Below are positions 1-10,238 of a stretch of DNA of 64,000 nucleotides, in pieces. Each line of letters starts with the position of its first letter. Positions within the stretch are counted from its first letter, which is position 1. Position numbers and translations under genes: made by a program. The DNA is from Candidatus Moraniibacteriota bacterium (lineage in GTDB: Bacteria; Patescibacteriota; Minisyncoccia; Moranbacterales; UBA9337): positions 14,249 to 78,248 of the forward strand of contig JAQVJM010000002.1 of assembly GCA_028695135.1 (NCBI GenBank), read 5' to 3'. The notes under the pieces were generated by a model. It was given only the letters and a program-made list of their open reading frames with translations. It searched no databases and was not told the DNA's origin.

Positions 1-294
1 TTTTTTGCGGTTATGGTTTTTTATCTGATGATTAACCAGTTCAACAAAAAATCTGAAGAAAGCGATAATTATTTTGACACCAGTATTGATACTAAAGATA
101 GAGAAGGATTTGGAGGAAATGTTTCCACAGATAAAGAAACTCTTTTGAACGTGGTTGAGAATAACAATGATAGTGAGGAAGAAATCGTTCCTCTTGAGAA
201 AAATGAATTATTGGAATTCGTAAAACAGAAGGAAACATCAACTCAAGAGGTTCCGGCTCCAAGCAAGGAAGATTTGTTAAAAAATTTAAAATAA
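1..294 (+). CDS. Hypothetical single-TM protein, probably 5'-truncated by window edge
   Basis: Hydrophobic start (VFYLMINQ) then acidic tail; N-terminus resembles ORF 1606..1797. Confidence 0.6.
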   Translation, partial: FFAVMVFYLMINQFNKKSEESDNYFDTSIDTKDREGFGGNVSTDKETLLNVVENNNDSEEEIVPLEKNELLEFVKQKETSTQEVPAPSKEDLLKNLK

Positions 295-322
295 TCAATA
301 AAAAAATTAATAACATAAGACT

Positions 323-1393
323 ATGTTAGGAAAAATTATAAAAAAAGAAAGCGTTTATTATTGGTCGAGAGTGGCGGTGATAGGAGTTCTGGTCGGAGCG
401 TCTGTCCAATTTGTTTTTGCCTGGGCGGAACCCGAACTTGATCCTCCAGGGGGAAATCTCGAGGCGCCGATCAATGTGTCTGATACGGGGCAGACAAAAT
501 ATGGGACATTGGACATAAATACGAACAATGGCAGTTATTCTGTTTATACGCGGGAGTCCTTGTTGGTAGGAAATCAAATTGTCTCAGGCAGTCATATAAC
601 AGCAGGCGGAAATGTATGGACAGGAAGCGGATATATTTTCAGCGGTCGAGGAGAAGTATTGAGAAGCAATGATACCTGGCTCAGGCTAAACCAAGCCAAT
701 GATCACACTAGCGGAACCTTTACACCCTATCTGATGCGAGCTGACGGAGGATATCAAGTTGACGGAAAATGGGCGATTTCTGCCGATAATAATTGGCACA
801 GAGCCCAATATTCGGACAATACCCGTTATGGCTATTTCGAGGGTCGAAGGCAAGATGGTACTAGAGGTTTTTATCTCGGGTGGGGAAATGGCGGTACGGT
901 GGTGAACCTCGGCCTCGACAATGCGAACTATCTAGATATCACAGGAAACCAATATATCCGCTGGAATAGTCCCCAGGGCTCTAACTTGTTCTACTTCAAT
1001 AATGCTACCGCCACCAAGTCAACCGGTCTTTATTATGATGGCTCGAACCAATTTTCCATAGCGAGATTCGCAAATAACTTCGGAGCTTGGGAAAAGACCC
1101 CATATTTGTTCCAGATGAATGATAATGGCAATCTTGTCATCAATAATAACCATGGACTTAGGATAACGAAATATCCCGGTTGCGGAAAGCTTTATACCGA
1201 TTCCAGCGGAGTGGTGCAGTGTGGGCAAGATCAGACCGGATCAGGTAGAGGACTAAATTTGACAAACTGTTATGGCAAGAATGTCCCTGATAATGTTATG
1301 GTTACTTGCGGATCAGGGGAAGTTATGACAGGCGCTCTGTCTTACGGCCAGAATCAGATGCAAATTATGTGTTGCAGGGCTACTGTTCAATAA
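323..1393 (+). CDS. Secreted CPR-type adhesin/tail-fibre-like protein
   Basis: Signal/TM segment, W-x-EP-x3-PP-x-GN-x3-PINV-x4-Q-x-K-x-G-x-L motif typical of CPR surface proteins, G/N-rich beta repeats (NDTWLRLNQ), Cys-rich C-terminus. Confidence 0.65.
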   Translation: MLGKIIKKESVYYWSRVAVIGVLVGASVQFVFAWAEPELDPPGGNLEAPINVSDTGQTKYGTLDINTNNGSYSVYTRESLLVGNQIVSGSHITAGGNVWTGSGYIFSGRGEVLRSNDTWLRLNQANDHTSGTFTPYLMRADGGYQVDGKWAISADNNWHRAQYSDNTRYGYFEGRRQDGTRGFYLGWGNGGTVVNLGLDNANYLDITGNQYIRWNSPQGSNLFYFNNATATKSTGLYYDGSNQFSIARFANNFGAWEKTPYLFQMNDNGNLVINNNHGLRITKYPGCGKLYTDSSGVVQCGQDQTGSGRGLNLTNCYGKNVPDNVMVTCGSGEVMTGALSYGQNQMQIMCCRATVQ

Positions 1394-1605
1394 TGCGCAG
1401 AATAATTTTTGTCAAAATAATAAAAAATAGATAAATTAAAGAAAATATATCAAAAAGGAAAAATAAGTATACATAATCTAGAATATCAATTAGGATGTTT
1501 TAAGATATCTTTGATAATTTATTACAAAAACGGATAAAAACGATACTCCAAAAAATAATGGGAGCGGATAAATTATAATTAGATAGAAACAAATTAAATA
1601 AAAAA

Positions 1606-1876
1606 ATGAAAAGAAGCCAAATAAAATCCTTATCGATAATAATCTCGGCGATTGCCATAGTTGTTTTTGTGGCGGTGGTTTTGTATCTGGTAATGAATCA
1701 GTCCAGCAAGCAAAAAAATGAAAAAAATGAAATTTCTCCCGGAAGCATCGAAAAACAAGACGAAGAAATAATTTTTGAAAAACCCGCCTCTATGTGATGA
1801 TTCTGCAGAAAAGAATGTCGATTTAAATGTCGACCAACCGGAATTTGCTCCTGAGCTGGAGATGATGATAGAATAA
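1606..1876 (+). pseudogene. Paralogue of ORF 1..294, apparently frameshifted near 1783
   Basis: ORF 1606..1797 stops at TGA; an acidic open frame continues in the +1 frame (PPLCDDSAEKNV...MMIE) to TAA at 1876. Confidence 0.4.
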
Positions 1877-1937
1877 TAAAACCGCTTCGTATAATAGGAA
1901 ATTTTTCTATCCAAAGATCATATCTTTTATGTGCTTC

Positions 1938-1966
1938 TTGACTTTTTATCTTTAAAAAGCTATTAT
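1938..1966 (+). promoter_or_regulatory. Sigma70 promoter of rplU
   Basis: TTGACT-17 nt-TATTAT. Confidence 0.65.
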
Positions 1967-2084
1967 TGTTTTTGTGGTTTTAAGCGACCAAGATAATTTT
2001 TTTTGTTTTATTCATCCTGTTAATAATTTTATTGGAATAAAATTCCGCTCGCCACGGCGAGTCGGATTTAAACAGGGTAAAAAT

Positions 2085-2393
2085 ATGTTAGCGATAATAA
2101 GAACTGGAGGAAAACAGTATAAAATCAAAGAAGAGGACAAGATCAAGATTGAAAAAATAGAGGGAAAAGAGGGAGATAAGGTTAAATTTCCCGAAGTTTT
2201 GTTTATAGGCGACGAAAAAAGCGCCAAAATAGGAACTCCTCTAGTAAAAGGCGCGAAAGTCGAAGGAAAGATAATCGCCCAGAAAAAAGACAAAAAAGTC
2301 TGGGGGATAAAGCACAAGGCCAAAAAAAGATATAAGATCAAATTCGGCCATAAACAGCCGATCACGGAAGTAGAAATAGTAAAGATCGGATAA
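2085..2393 (+). CDS. rplU: 50S ribosomal protein L21
   Basis: MLAIIRTGGKQYKI...GHKQPIT; start moved to ATG 2085. Confidence 0.97.
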   Translation: MLAIIRTGGKQYKIKEEDKIKIEKIEGKEGDKVKFPEVLFIGDEKSAKIGTPLVKGAKVEGKIIAQKKDKKVWGIKHKAKKRYKIKFGHKQPITEVEIVKIG

Positions 2394-2405
2394 ATATAAT
2401 ATCAA

Positions 2406-2433
2406 AAGAAGCCGCCTCTATAAGGCGGCTTTT
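2406..2433. terminator. Bidirectional intrinsic terminator rplU/recR
   Basis: AAGCCGCC-tctataa-GGCGGCTTTT between convergent genes. Confidence 0.75.
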
Positions 2434-2454
2434 AAGTTTTGATCCAATCGTGTA

Positions 2455-3042
2455 TCAGTTCAATTTTTCCCGATTCGTCAATGCCGAGCTCAGAGTCAGC
2501 TCGTCGGCATACTCGATATCTCCTCCGGTTGAAAGTCCGCGTCCGAGGCGGGTAATTTTTATTTTGAAATTTTGAAGCTTCCTTTTAAGATAAAGAGAAG
2601 TCATATCGCCTTCTGTTGTCGGATTGGTGGCGATTATTATTTCTTTGATTCCTTCTTTTTTAAGCCTCTCCAAAAGCTCCGGTATTTTTAGATCATTTTT
2701 TTCTTCTCCCGCTTCCATTGATCCGCCCAAGACGTGATACAATCCCTTGTAAATCCCTGTCCTCTCTATGGAAATTATATCAAGAGGATCTTCCACCACG
2801 CAGATCGCATCGTCTTCTCTTTGTTTGTTATTGCATATTTCGCAAAGATTCTCTTCCGATATGTTGAAACATCTTTCGCAGTAGCGAAGCTCTTTAAGCT
2901 TGGCCAAATTTTCCGAAAAATCCTTTATTTTTTCCTTGTTCTGTTTGAATAAAAATAAGACCAGCCTTTCGGCCATTTTGGGACCGATGGAGGGAAGTGA
3001 TGAAAAATTATCTATCAGTTTTTGAAATATCTTGGGATACAC
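2455..3042 (-). CDS. recR: Recombination protein RecR
   Basis: LPSIGPK HhH motif, C4 zinc finger, TOPRIM (ICVVE, YHVLGG, ATNPTTEGD), GGDIEYAD. Confidence 0.97.
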   Translation of the reverse strand: MYPKIFQKLIDNFSSLPSIGPKMAERLVLFLFKQNKEKIKDFSENLAKLKELRYCERCFNISEENLCEICNNKQREDDAICVVEDPLDIISIERTGIYKGLYHVLGGSMEAGEEKNDLKIPELLERLKKEGIKEIIIATNPTTEGDMTSLYLKRKLQNFKIKITRLGRGLSTGGDIEYADELTLSSALTNREKLN

Positions 3043-3123
3043 GTTAAAAATTCAAAGTGCAAAATTCAAAAATAAAAATTTATAATTTTTTTGAAAATGA
3101 CTTCTTGTTTTATTTTTTTTAAA

Positions 3124-4515
3124 TTATTTATTTTCAGTAGCCATATCTTCTTCCGTATGGGTTCTTTCCAGAGATTTAAATGTCGTGGATTTTTCCTCAA
3201 AATAAAGGCTGGCTTTTCCCAGAGGCCCGTTCCTGTGCTTGGCTATGATGACGTCCACGATGTTTCTGTTGGGAGTATCCGGTTTTTCGCGGTCTTCGCG
3301 GTAAAGCATCAAAACGACGTCGGCGTCTTGTTCGATCGAGCCCGACTCCCTGAGATCGGAAAGTTTCGGAATTTGCGGAGATCGTGATTCAACTTGTCGG
3401 GAGAGCTGGGAGAGGGCGAGAATCGGGATATTCAGTTCCCTGGCAAGTTGCTTAAGGGCGCGCGATATTTCGGAAATTTCCTGGACGCGGTTGTCTCCGG
3501 AGCTTTTTCTTCCTTCCATAAGTTGCAAATAGTCGATTATTATCAGTCCCAGCTTATGCTCTGCCTGAAGCCTCCTGGCCATGGTGCGCATTTCCATAAT
3601 ATTGGCGGAAGCGGCGTCATCGATGTAAATCGGCGCTTCGCTCAAAATACCCATTGCTTCATTCAGTTTCTCAAAATCATTTTCCGTTCCGCTGGATCGC
3701 AGTTTTCCGGTCCGAAGCCTCCAAAGATCAATTCCCGCCTGGGCGGCCAGCATCCTGTCGATAAGCTGATCGGACGACATTTCCAGAGAAAAAATTCCCA
3801 CGGGAACCTTGGTCTGGATTCCTATCTGTCTGGCGATGTCGAGAGCGAGAGTCGTTTTTCCGATTGAAGGCCTGGCGGCCAATATTATCAGATCGGACTT
3901 TTGCAGTCCGGCAAGGATATTGTCGATATCCGGAAATCCTGTAGGCACTCCGCGTATGCTGCTGTCGTCTTTGTGTAATTCATCTATCCTGTTAAAGGCG
4001 CTTTCCAAAATTGATTTGATGGGGACAAAATCCTGCTTTAAATATTTCTGAGAAACTTTGAATATCCCTTGTTCGGCTTCATCCAAAATTTTTTCGACAT
4101 CTTCATTTCCGGAATATCCCATTTCCAGAATATTATCGGCGGCGGTGATAAGCCGGCGAAGCATCCCTTTTTTCTGGACAACCTTAGCGTAATGGGAAAC
4201 ATGAGAAGCGGAAGGGACGGAGTTTACCAGGGAAGCCACGTAACTGGAGCCGCCGATTTCTTCGAGCTGGCTCTTTTCTTCCAGCTTGTTGGATATGCTG
4301 AGTACGTCGATCGGATCTCTTTCTTCATAGAGCTCAAGCATCGCCTCGAATATCTTATTGTGGGATTCCTTGTAAAAATCGCCTGGCTGCAAAAAATCAG
4401 CGACTTTTATAATCGCATCCTTGTCGAGCATAAGAGATCCCAAAACCGACTGCTCAGCTTCGATGTTGTGGGGAGGAACCCTCAATTCGTCTTCATTTTT
4501 ATTGCTTCTGGCCAT
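3124..4515 (-). CDS. dnaB: Replicative DNA helicase DnaB
   Basis: PPHNIEAEQSVLG, AARPSIGKT, IIDYLQLM, LSDLRESGSIEQDAD; no intein. Confidence 0.98.
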   Translation of the reverse strand: MARSNKNEDELRVPPHNIEAEQSVLGSLMLDKDAIIKVADFLQPGDFYKESHNKIFEAMLELYEERDPIDVLSISNKLEEKSQLEEIGGSSYVASLVNSVPSASHVSHYAKVVQKKGMLRRLITAADNILEMGYSGNEDVEKILDEAEQGIFKVSQKYLKQDFVPIKSILESAFNRIDELHKDDSSIRGVPTGFPDIDNILAGLQKSDLIILAARPSIGKTTLALDIARQIGIQTKVPVGIFSLEMSSDQLIDRMLAAQAGIDLWRLRTGKLRSSGTENDFEKLNEAMGILSEAPIYIDDAASANIMEMRTMARRLQAEHKLGLIIIDYLQLMEGRKSSGDNRVQEISEISRALKQLARELNIPILALSQLSRQVESRSPQIPKLSDLRESGSIEQDADVVLMLYREDREKPDTPNRNIVDVIIAKHRNGPLGKASLYFEEKSTTFKSLERTHTEEDMATENK

Positions 4516-4767
4516 TTGCTTAAAGAAAAAGATAAAGGATATCGCGCGTATCCTTGTATGACAAAATTAAGTATATATTATATAAAAAAGCAAAGCAATG
4601 CTTGACAAAATATGTAAATATGTGCTAATCTATATCGATTGGAAAAATTAATTTTTTCCGAATAAGCGCTGATTTTAAATATGAATTTTCTATATTTTTA
4701 TCATTTTTAACTATAAAAAAGGCTAGCTTTGCAAAAACATTTGCCGCTTTTTTTAGTTTATTATTTT

Positions 4768-5835
4768 ATGAAGAATAAATCCATCATTAAAAAAAATTCC
4801 GAAATTTCTCTTTTTGAAAATGCGGTGAAATCCGTTACCGGCGGAATAAACGAAAGAGCTAAAGCGATGATATCTGATCGTTTTGGTTTTTATGGAAAAA
4901 GAATCAAGACCTTGGGTCAAATAGGGCAGGATTACGGCATTACCAGGGAAAGAGTTAGACAGATAATCCAGGAGGCTACAAGCAAGGCCAAGAAGTCTTC
5001 CAAAAAGGATCCTTTTTTCAAAAAAGCGGAAGAAAAAATCAAATTTACAATAGAAAAAAAATATGGTATAATTAATAAAAGCGACCTCATAGATTCCTTT
5101 TTTAAAGGAGAAGATGGAGGTAATTTTTTGGATTTTATCTTATATTGTTCGGATAAATTCGATATGTTTGGAGATAAGGAAAATATGAAAGAATCCGTGG
5201 CGTTAGCCGGATTTAAAAGGGAAGAATGGGATAAGATAATTGGAGAGACTCGAAAAATCTTGGAGGAGAAAAGAAGAGTCTTGAGTTTCAAAGGAATCTT
5301 TAACGAATTCAGAAAATTGTATCCGGATTTCGAGAAGGAAAAACTCGCTTCCTATCTGACCGTTTCCAAGGAAATCAAGAAAGGAGTCTTCGGGAAATGG
5401 GGGATGGCTGACTGGAAGGAGATAAATCCCAAAGGGATGAGACAAAAGGCCTACCTGGTGATAAAGGAATCGAAAAAACCTTTGCATTTCAGAGAAGTCG
5501 CCCGAATGATAGATGAATATAAGCTGAACAAGAAAAAAACTCATCCTCAGACGGTGCACAACGAGCTTATCAAAGACGAAAATTTTGTCTTAGTCGGCAG
5601 AGGGACTTATGCTCTCAAAGAGTGGGGATATCAGAAAGGAACGGTCAAGGATGTCATAGAGGGAATATTGAAGGTCAGCAAAAAACCGGTTTCTCAAGAC
5701 GAAATTATAGAAAAAGTTTTATCGGTAAGAAATGTCAAAGAAGCTACAGTTATAATAAATCTGAATAATTTTTTCAAGAAAATGGACAAAAGGAAATATT
5801 TTTTGAAAAAAAATGAGGTCAAAGATCGCGTTTAA
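4768..5835 (+). CDS. Sigma70 region-4 HTH plus HARE-HTH (RNA polymerase delta-like) protein
   Basis: TLGQIGQDYGITRERVRQI and PLHFREVA...TVHNELIKDENFVLVGRGTYALKEWG. Confidence 0.8.
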   Translation: MKNKSIIKKNSEISLFENAVKSVTGGINERAKAMISDRFGFYGKRIKTLGQIGQDYGITRERVRQIIQEATSKAKKSSKKDPFFKKAEEKIKFTIEKKYGIINKSDLIDSFFKGEDGGNFLDFILYCSDKFDMFGDKENMKESVALAGFKREEWDKIIGETRKILEEKRRVLSFKGIFNEFRKLYPDFEKEKLASYLTVSKEIKKGVFGKWGMADWKEINPKGMRQKAYLVIKESKKPLHFREVARMIDEYKLNKKKTHPQTVHNELIKDENFVLVGRGTYALKEWGYQKGTVKDVIEGILKVSKKPVSQDEIIEKVLSVRNVKEATVIINLNNFFKKMDKRKYFLKKNEVKDRV

Positions 5836-5879
5836 GCGGGATTTCTAAATATCTTTTTGCATAAGCCAAACAAAAATAA

Positions 5880-7154
5880 ATGGAGATAATAATCGAAAGT
5901 TTTTCTGCGCTATTTTCAGAAGAAATGCGACAGGCCGTGGGAGCGAGCTGGTTCATAGTTCTTCCCGTAGCCCTCTATTTCTTGTTCAAAATATTATGGA
6001 TGGATTTCGTCCAGGATAACTTTTGGTCAAATATAGAATGGGATCTTATCGAAATAGTGCCTCCGAATGATATAGAGGCGACTCCTCAGCCGATGGAACT
6101 TATTTATTCCGGAATGCTCGGATCGATGAAGGGAATAAATGCCATAGAAGAATTTGTCAACGGAGAAATGGCGATGTATTACAGTCTTGAGCTGGTGAGT
6201 GACGAGGGCGGGGTTCATTTTTATATAAGAACGCCTAAAAATTTTACTCCTTTGATTGAGTCCAATTTCCATTCCCAATATCCCCAGGCTGAAATCAAAA
6301 TCGTTCCTGATTATGTAAATAACGTTCCAAAATTGGTTCCTAATAAAGAGTGGGATCTCTGGGGAACTGATTTCAAATTGGACAAACCGGATCCCTATCC
6401 GATAAAAAGCTACAGATGGTTTGAAGAAGACATAACCGGAAAAGCTCTTGACCCGTTGGCTTCCATTGTTGAAAGTATGGGGAAAATAGGTCCTGGCCAA
6501 AAATTTTGGCTTCAATTCATCATTACCCCGAAAGACGCCAGCCAATATGATACGGGCAAAGAATTGGCCAACGAGTTGGCCGGAAGGGCGATAGGTAAAA
6601 AAAGAGGATTTTTGGAGGGTGTGTTGGGAGATATCGTTGATGTGGCGATAGGGGCGTTAAAAACATTTTTCGGAGCTCCTCCCGAAGAATCCGCAACCGA
6701 AAAAGGCGAAGAAAATGTTCCCATAGAATTCAGGCTTACTCCCGGAGAAAGAGAAGTTTTAAAAATGGTCGAGGAGGGAATAGGCAAAAGCGCTTTCAAT
6801 GTGAAAATGAGAATGATTTATCTGGGAAGGAGAGAGGCTTTCAATAAAGTCGTCGTAGGTTCAGTGGCGGGAGGCATAAAGCAATTTTCCGATATAAATA
6901 CCAACGGATTTGCCATGGACAATGATACCAAAACATTCGCGCTCCACCTCTTCGTGGAGCAAAGGATGAGATACCGCCAAAGGACGATATTTAGGAGATA
7001 TGTCAAAAGAGATCGTACCGGAAAAACTTTTCATTTGAATACCGAAGAACTGGCTACCATTTTTCATCTTCCTAATATGTCTGTTATCACTCCTTCTCTG
7101 CGCAAGATTGAGACTAAGACCGGAAGTGCTCCGGCTAATCTGCCCATAGGATAA
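5880..7154 (+). CDS. Conserved CPR membrane protein partnering VirD4-like ATPase
   Basis: N-terminal TM, YSLEL...HFY, QYPQAEI, LNTEELATIFHLP; 9 nt upstream of ATPase. Confidence 0.7.
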   Translation: MEIIIESFSALFSEEMRQAVGASWFIVLPVALYFLFKILWMDFVQDNFWSNIEWDLIEIVPPNDIEATPQPMELIYSGMLGSMKGINAIEEFVNGEMAMYYSLELVSDEGGVHFYIRTPKNFTPLIESNFHSQYPQAEIKIVPDYVNNVPKLVPNKEWDLWGTDFKLDKPDPYPIKSYRWFEEDITGKALDPLASIVESMGKIGPGQKFWLQFIITPKDASQYDTGKELANELAGRAIGKKRGFLEGVLGDIVDVAIGALKTFFGAPPEESATEKGEENVPIEFRLTPGEREVLKMVEEGIGKSAFNVKMRMIYLGRREAFNKVVVGSVAGGIKQFSDINTNGFAMDNDTKTFALHLFVEQRMRYRQRTIFRRYVKRDRTGKTFHLNTEELATIFHLPNMSVITPSLRKIETKTGSAPANLPIG

Positions 7155-7163
7155 ATATAAATT

Positions 7164-9053
7164 ATGCAACAAGATATAACTTTTTTCGCCAAAACAAATT
7201 TCAGAAACCAAAACGTGAAATTCGGCATCAAAACCGAAGATCGGCAACGCCATATTTATGTGATCGGAAAAACCGGAATGGGCAAAACCACCCTTCTGGA
7301 GAATATTGTCATGCAGGATATCGCTAACGGATATGGAGTGGCTTATATCGATCCGCACGGAGATACGGCTGAAAAGCTCATAAAAGCCATACCTGCCAAC
7401 AGGATCAATGATGTGGTTTATTTCAACCCGGCGGATACCGAATATCCGGTCGCTTTTAATATTTTGGAAGCGGTCGATGAAGATAAAAAATATCTTGTCG
7501 CTTCCGGAATGATGGGAGTCTTTAAAAAAATTTGGCCCGATGTTTGGAGCGCCAGGATGGAGTATATACTCAATAACGCTATTTTGGCTCTTTTGGATTA
7601 TCCCGGTTCGACCATGATGGGAGTAAATAGGATGATGTCCGACAAAAAATATCGCCAGCGGGTTTATGAAAAGATAAAAGATCCGATCGTAAAAAGTTTT
7701 TGGATAGATGAATTCGAAACATGGGACGATCGTTTCAGGAAAGAGGCCGTGGCGGCGATACAAAATAAAGTGGGACAATTTCTATCTTCTTTTCTCATAA
7801 GGAATATAGTGGGACAGACCAAATCTACCATAAACATGCGTGATATAATGGAGGAGAACAAGATTTTGATAGTGAATCTTTCCAAGGGAAGAATAGGAGA
7901 GGACGCTATGCGCCTTCTAGGGGGAATGATAGTGACAAAATTGCAATTAGCCGCTATGGAAAGAGTCGATATTCCCGAAGAAAAGAGAAGCAATTTCTAT
8001 CTGACGGTGGATGAATTTCAAAATTTTGTTACGGAATCTTTTGCTAATATTTTATCCGAAGCCAGGAAATACCGCTTAAACTTGCTGGTGGCGCATCAAT
8101 ATATCAATCAGCTGGTTTTTGACGGAAATACGGTAGTGAGGGACGCCATCTTTGGAAATGTGGGAACGATAATCGCTTTTAGAGTGGGGGCGGAGGACGC
8201 CGAATTTTTGGAAAAAGAATTCGAACCTATTTTCATGATGAACGATATTGTCAATCTTCCGAAATACAATATATATTTGAAGCTGATGATTGATGGAATC
8301 GCGGGAAACGCTTTTTCGGCTACCGCTCTTCCTCCGATCGATATCAAGGGCACTGAGGAGAACGCCGAGAAGGTCATAAGGATTTCCAGGGAAAGGTATG
8401 CCAGAATCCGCAAAGATATAGAAGATAAGATTTCTCGATGGACGGGAATGATAGCTAAGGAAGATTTTAAGAGCGTATCCGAGGAAGTCGCAATAAAAAA
8501 GATCCGAGGAACGAATTTAAGAGAAGGCGATTCTAGCTCCAATTACAAGGTTAAGGAGAAACCGCCTTCTGTTTCCGCAGAGGAAATAAGAGAAAAAAAA
8601 GAATCGATTCAAAAAAAAGATAGGGAACAGGGGAAGAAGCATCTTTTTCAAGCCGAATGCGCCACTTGCGGGATAGAGATAGGTGTTCCTTTTAAGCCTG
8701 ACGGAGAAAGGCCGACTTTTTGCAAAGACTGCCTGAAGGATTATCAAAGGGCGATAGCGCGCCTTCAGAATGAAGAGAAAAGATCCAAAGAAAAGCGCGT
8801 TGACGAGGAAAAAAAATTTAAAATTATTGAGAAAAAGGAAGAAGTGAAAAAAGAAAATATCCCGGATAGAATAAAGTCCGGAGTGAGAACGGAGCAGAAG
8901 ATTTATGTCTCCAAAGAAAAGCCTATGAGTCTTTCTCAGACAAGATATGTAGCGCCTAAAAAAATTAAAAATTTGAAGCAGGACATGGGAAAAATAAAGG
9001 AGCTTATAAACAGGAATAGAAAAGCTCAAGGGGATATTGACAAAAAAAATTAA
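7164..9053 (+). CDS. VirD4/TraD/TrwB-like (HerA-FtsK family) ATPase with C-terminal CxxC-x17-CxxC domain
   Basis: GKTGMGKT Walker A, IDPHGD, VDEFQNF, LSEARKY, AHQY; CATC...FKPDGERPTFCKDC. Confidence 0.88.
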   Translation: MQQDITFFAKTNFRNQNVKFGIKTEDRQRHIYVIGKTGMGKTTLLENIVMQDIANGYGVAYIDPHGDTAEKLIKAIPANRINDVVYFNPADTEYPVAFNILEAVDEDKKYLVASGMMGVFKKIWPDVWSARMEYILNNAILALLDYPGSTMMGVNRMMSDKKYRQRVYEKIKDPIVKSFWIDEFETWDDRFRKEAVAAIQNKVGQFLSSFLIRNIVGQTKSTINMRDIMEENKILIVNLSKGRIGEDAMRLLGGMIVTKLQLAAMERVDIPEEKRSNFYLTVDEFQNFVTESFANILSEARKYRLNLLVAHQYINQLVFDGNTVVRDAIFGNVGTIIAFRVGAEDAEFLEKEFEPIFMMNDIVNLPKYNIYLKLMIDGIAGNAFSATALPPIDIKGTEENAEKVIRISRERYARIRKDIEDKISRWTGMIAKEDFKSVSEEVAIKKIRGTNLREGDSSSNYKVKEKPPSVSAEEIREKKESIQKKDREQGKKHLFQAECATCGIEIGVPFKPDGERPTFCKDCLKDYQRAIARLQNEEKRSKEKRVDEEKKFKIIEKKEEVKKENIPDRIKSGVRTEQKIYVSKEKPMSLSQTRYVAPKKIKNLKQDMGKIKELINRNRKAQGDIDKKN

Positions 9054-9098
9054 AAATATAAAATATTTATTGTTTGGTAATAATTAAAAAGCAAAAAA

Positions 9099-9380
9099 AT
9101 GGGAATACAACCTTTAAAAGACAATGTTCTTATTTCTCCGATAAAAGAATCGGAAAAAACAAAAACAGAAGCGGGCATATATCTTCCGGAATCGGCCGAA
9201 GGAATGAATGAAAGGCCTCAAATCGGCAAGGTTGTGGAAGTGGGGGAAAGCAATAAAATTCAAGTAAAAAAAGGGCAAAAAGTAATTTATAATAAATATT
9301 CCGGAACGGAAATAAAATTGGATGGAAAAGATTTTCTGATAGTCAAGAGCGATGATATTCTGGCAGTGATTAAAAAATAG
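9099..9380 (+). CDS. groES: Co-chaperonin GroES
   Basis: IQPLKDNVLI, TEAGIYLP, KYSGTEI, DDILAV. Confidence 0.95.
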   Translation: MGIQPLKDNVLISPIKESEKTKTEAGIYLPESAEGMNERPQIGKVVEVGESNKIQVKKGQKVIYNKYSGTEIKLDGKDFLIVKSDDILAVIKK

Positions 9381-9387
9381 TCCTAAT

Positions 9388-9420
9388 GAAAAAACCGCCA
9401 AAAATGTCGGCGGTTTTTTC
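9388..9420. terminator. Bidirectional terminator
   Basis: GAAAAAACCGCC...GGCGGTTTTTTC. Confidence 0.75.
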
Positions 9421-10234
9421 ATTTTTCAATCGGGAATCCTTTTTCTTGCCAGGCCCTAAGTCCGCCTTCAATCGTATAGGTGGCCAGAAATCCTAGATCG
9501 TAGAGCTTGACTCCCGATTGGAAATCAAGCAACTCGGAATCCCCATATACTATTATTTCTTCCATCAAGGGGATATCCTCCTTTTTGCTTTCCAAATCTT
9601 TAAGGGGTATGTTCATAGCTTTGGGTATATGTCCCTGCGAAAAAAGATTTTCCGAACGAGTGTCTATTATTGTTACGGGATATCCGTTGTCTATGGCCAG
9701 CTTTAGCTGTTCCGGAAGTATGTTTTCTATCTTTGCCCTGTCCAAAACGGATTCCGGATCGCCTATGCCCACTGTATTGTTGGATTTTGTTTTCCAAGCG
9801 TAAATTCCTCCCGATAGGGCTAAAACATTCTTGAATCCGGAATCTTTGAAGAATTTGACTGCGCCAGCTTCGGCGTTTTTATCCTCGAAATCATATCCGA
9901 CTATGACTATAAGCTCTTCTTTGTTCAATTTTATTACTTCATCCTTTATTTTTTCTGGCGTTATGTTTACCGAGTCTTCTATGTGCTCCTTTTCATAACT
10001 TACGGCATCCCGAATATCTATTATTTTCAACTTTTCTTTTTTTATTATTTTTTCTCCAAGCTCCTCGGATGTAATATATGCATATTCATAAACTTCTTGT
10101 GTTTGCGGCGGAGCTTCTGTTTTTCCTTTATTAAATTTAAAAACTGGACGCATGAAAGTTATTGTTGCGACTATGAGGATAAGAAGAAAACCTAAGAGGA
10201 AAACTCTATTTTCTTTTTTAATTTTTTCGGACAT
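9419..10234 (-). CDS. Membrane-anchored tandem rhodanese-domain protein
   Basis: Two repeats of IID(I/T)R...HI...N...GG..AW; no evident catalytic Cys. Confidence 0.85.
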   Translation of the reverse strand: MSEKIKKENRVFLLGFLLILIVATITFMRPVFKFNKGKTEAPPQTQEVYEYAYITSEELGEKIIKKEKLKIIDIRDAVSYEKEHIEDSVNITPEKIKDEVIKLNKEELIVIVGYDFEDKNAEAGAVKFFKDSGFKNVLALSGGIYAWKTKSNNTVGIGDPESVLDRAKIENILPEQLKLAIDNGYPVTIIDTRSENLFSQGHIPKAMNIPLKDLESKKEDIPLMEEIIVYGDSELLDFQSGVKLYDLGFLATYTIEGGLRAWQEKGFPIEK

Positions 10235-10238
10235 ATTT

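Noticed and set aside
323-1393. Prophage, shufflon or DGR target
   Set aside because: No phage genes, invertase, reverse transcriptase or template repeat visible in the window
1974-2084. N-terminal extensions of rplU (likewise cysS, trmD, ispG, GIY-YIG)
   Set aside because: Upstream starts run through promoter or repeat DNA; family homology begins at downstream ATGs
6861-7778. 305-aa antisense ORF and similar long reverse ORFs
   Set aside because: Lie opposite well-supported genes and have no recognisable motifs
5880-9053. Conjugative element or ICE
   Set aside because: No relaxase, integrase or VirB genes nearby; this ATPase locus is a common chromosomal CPR feature
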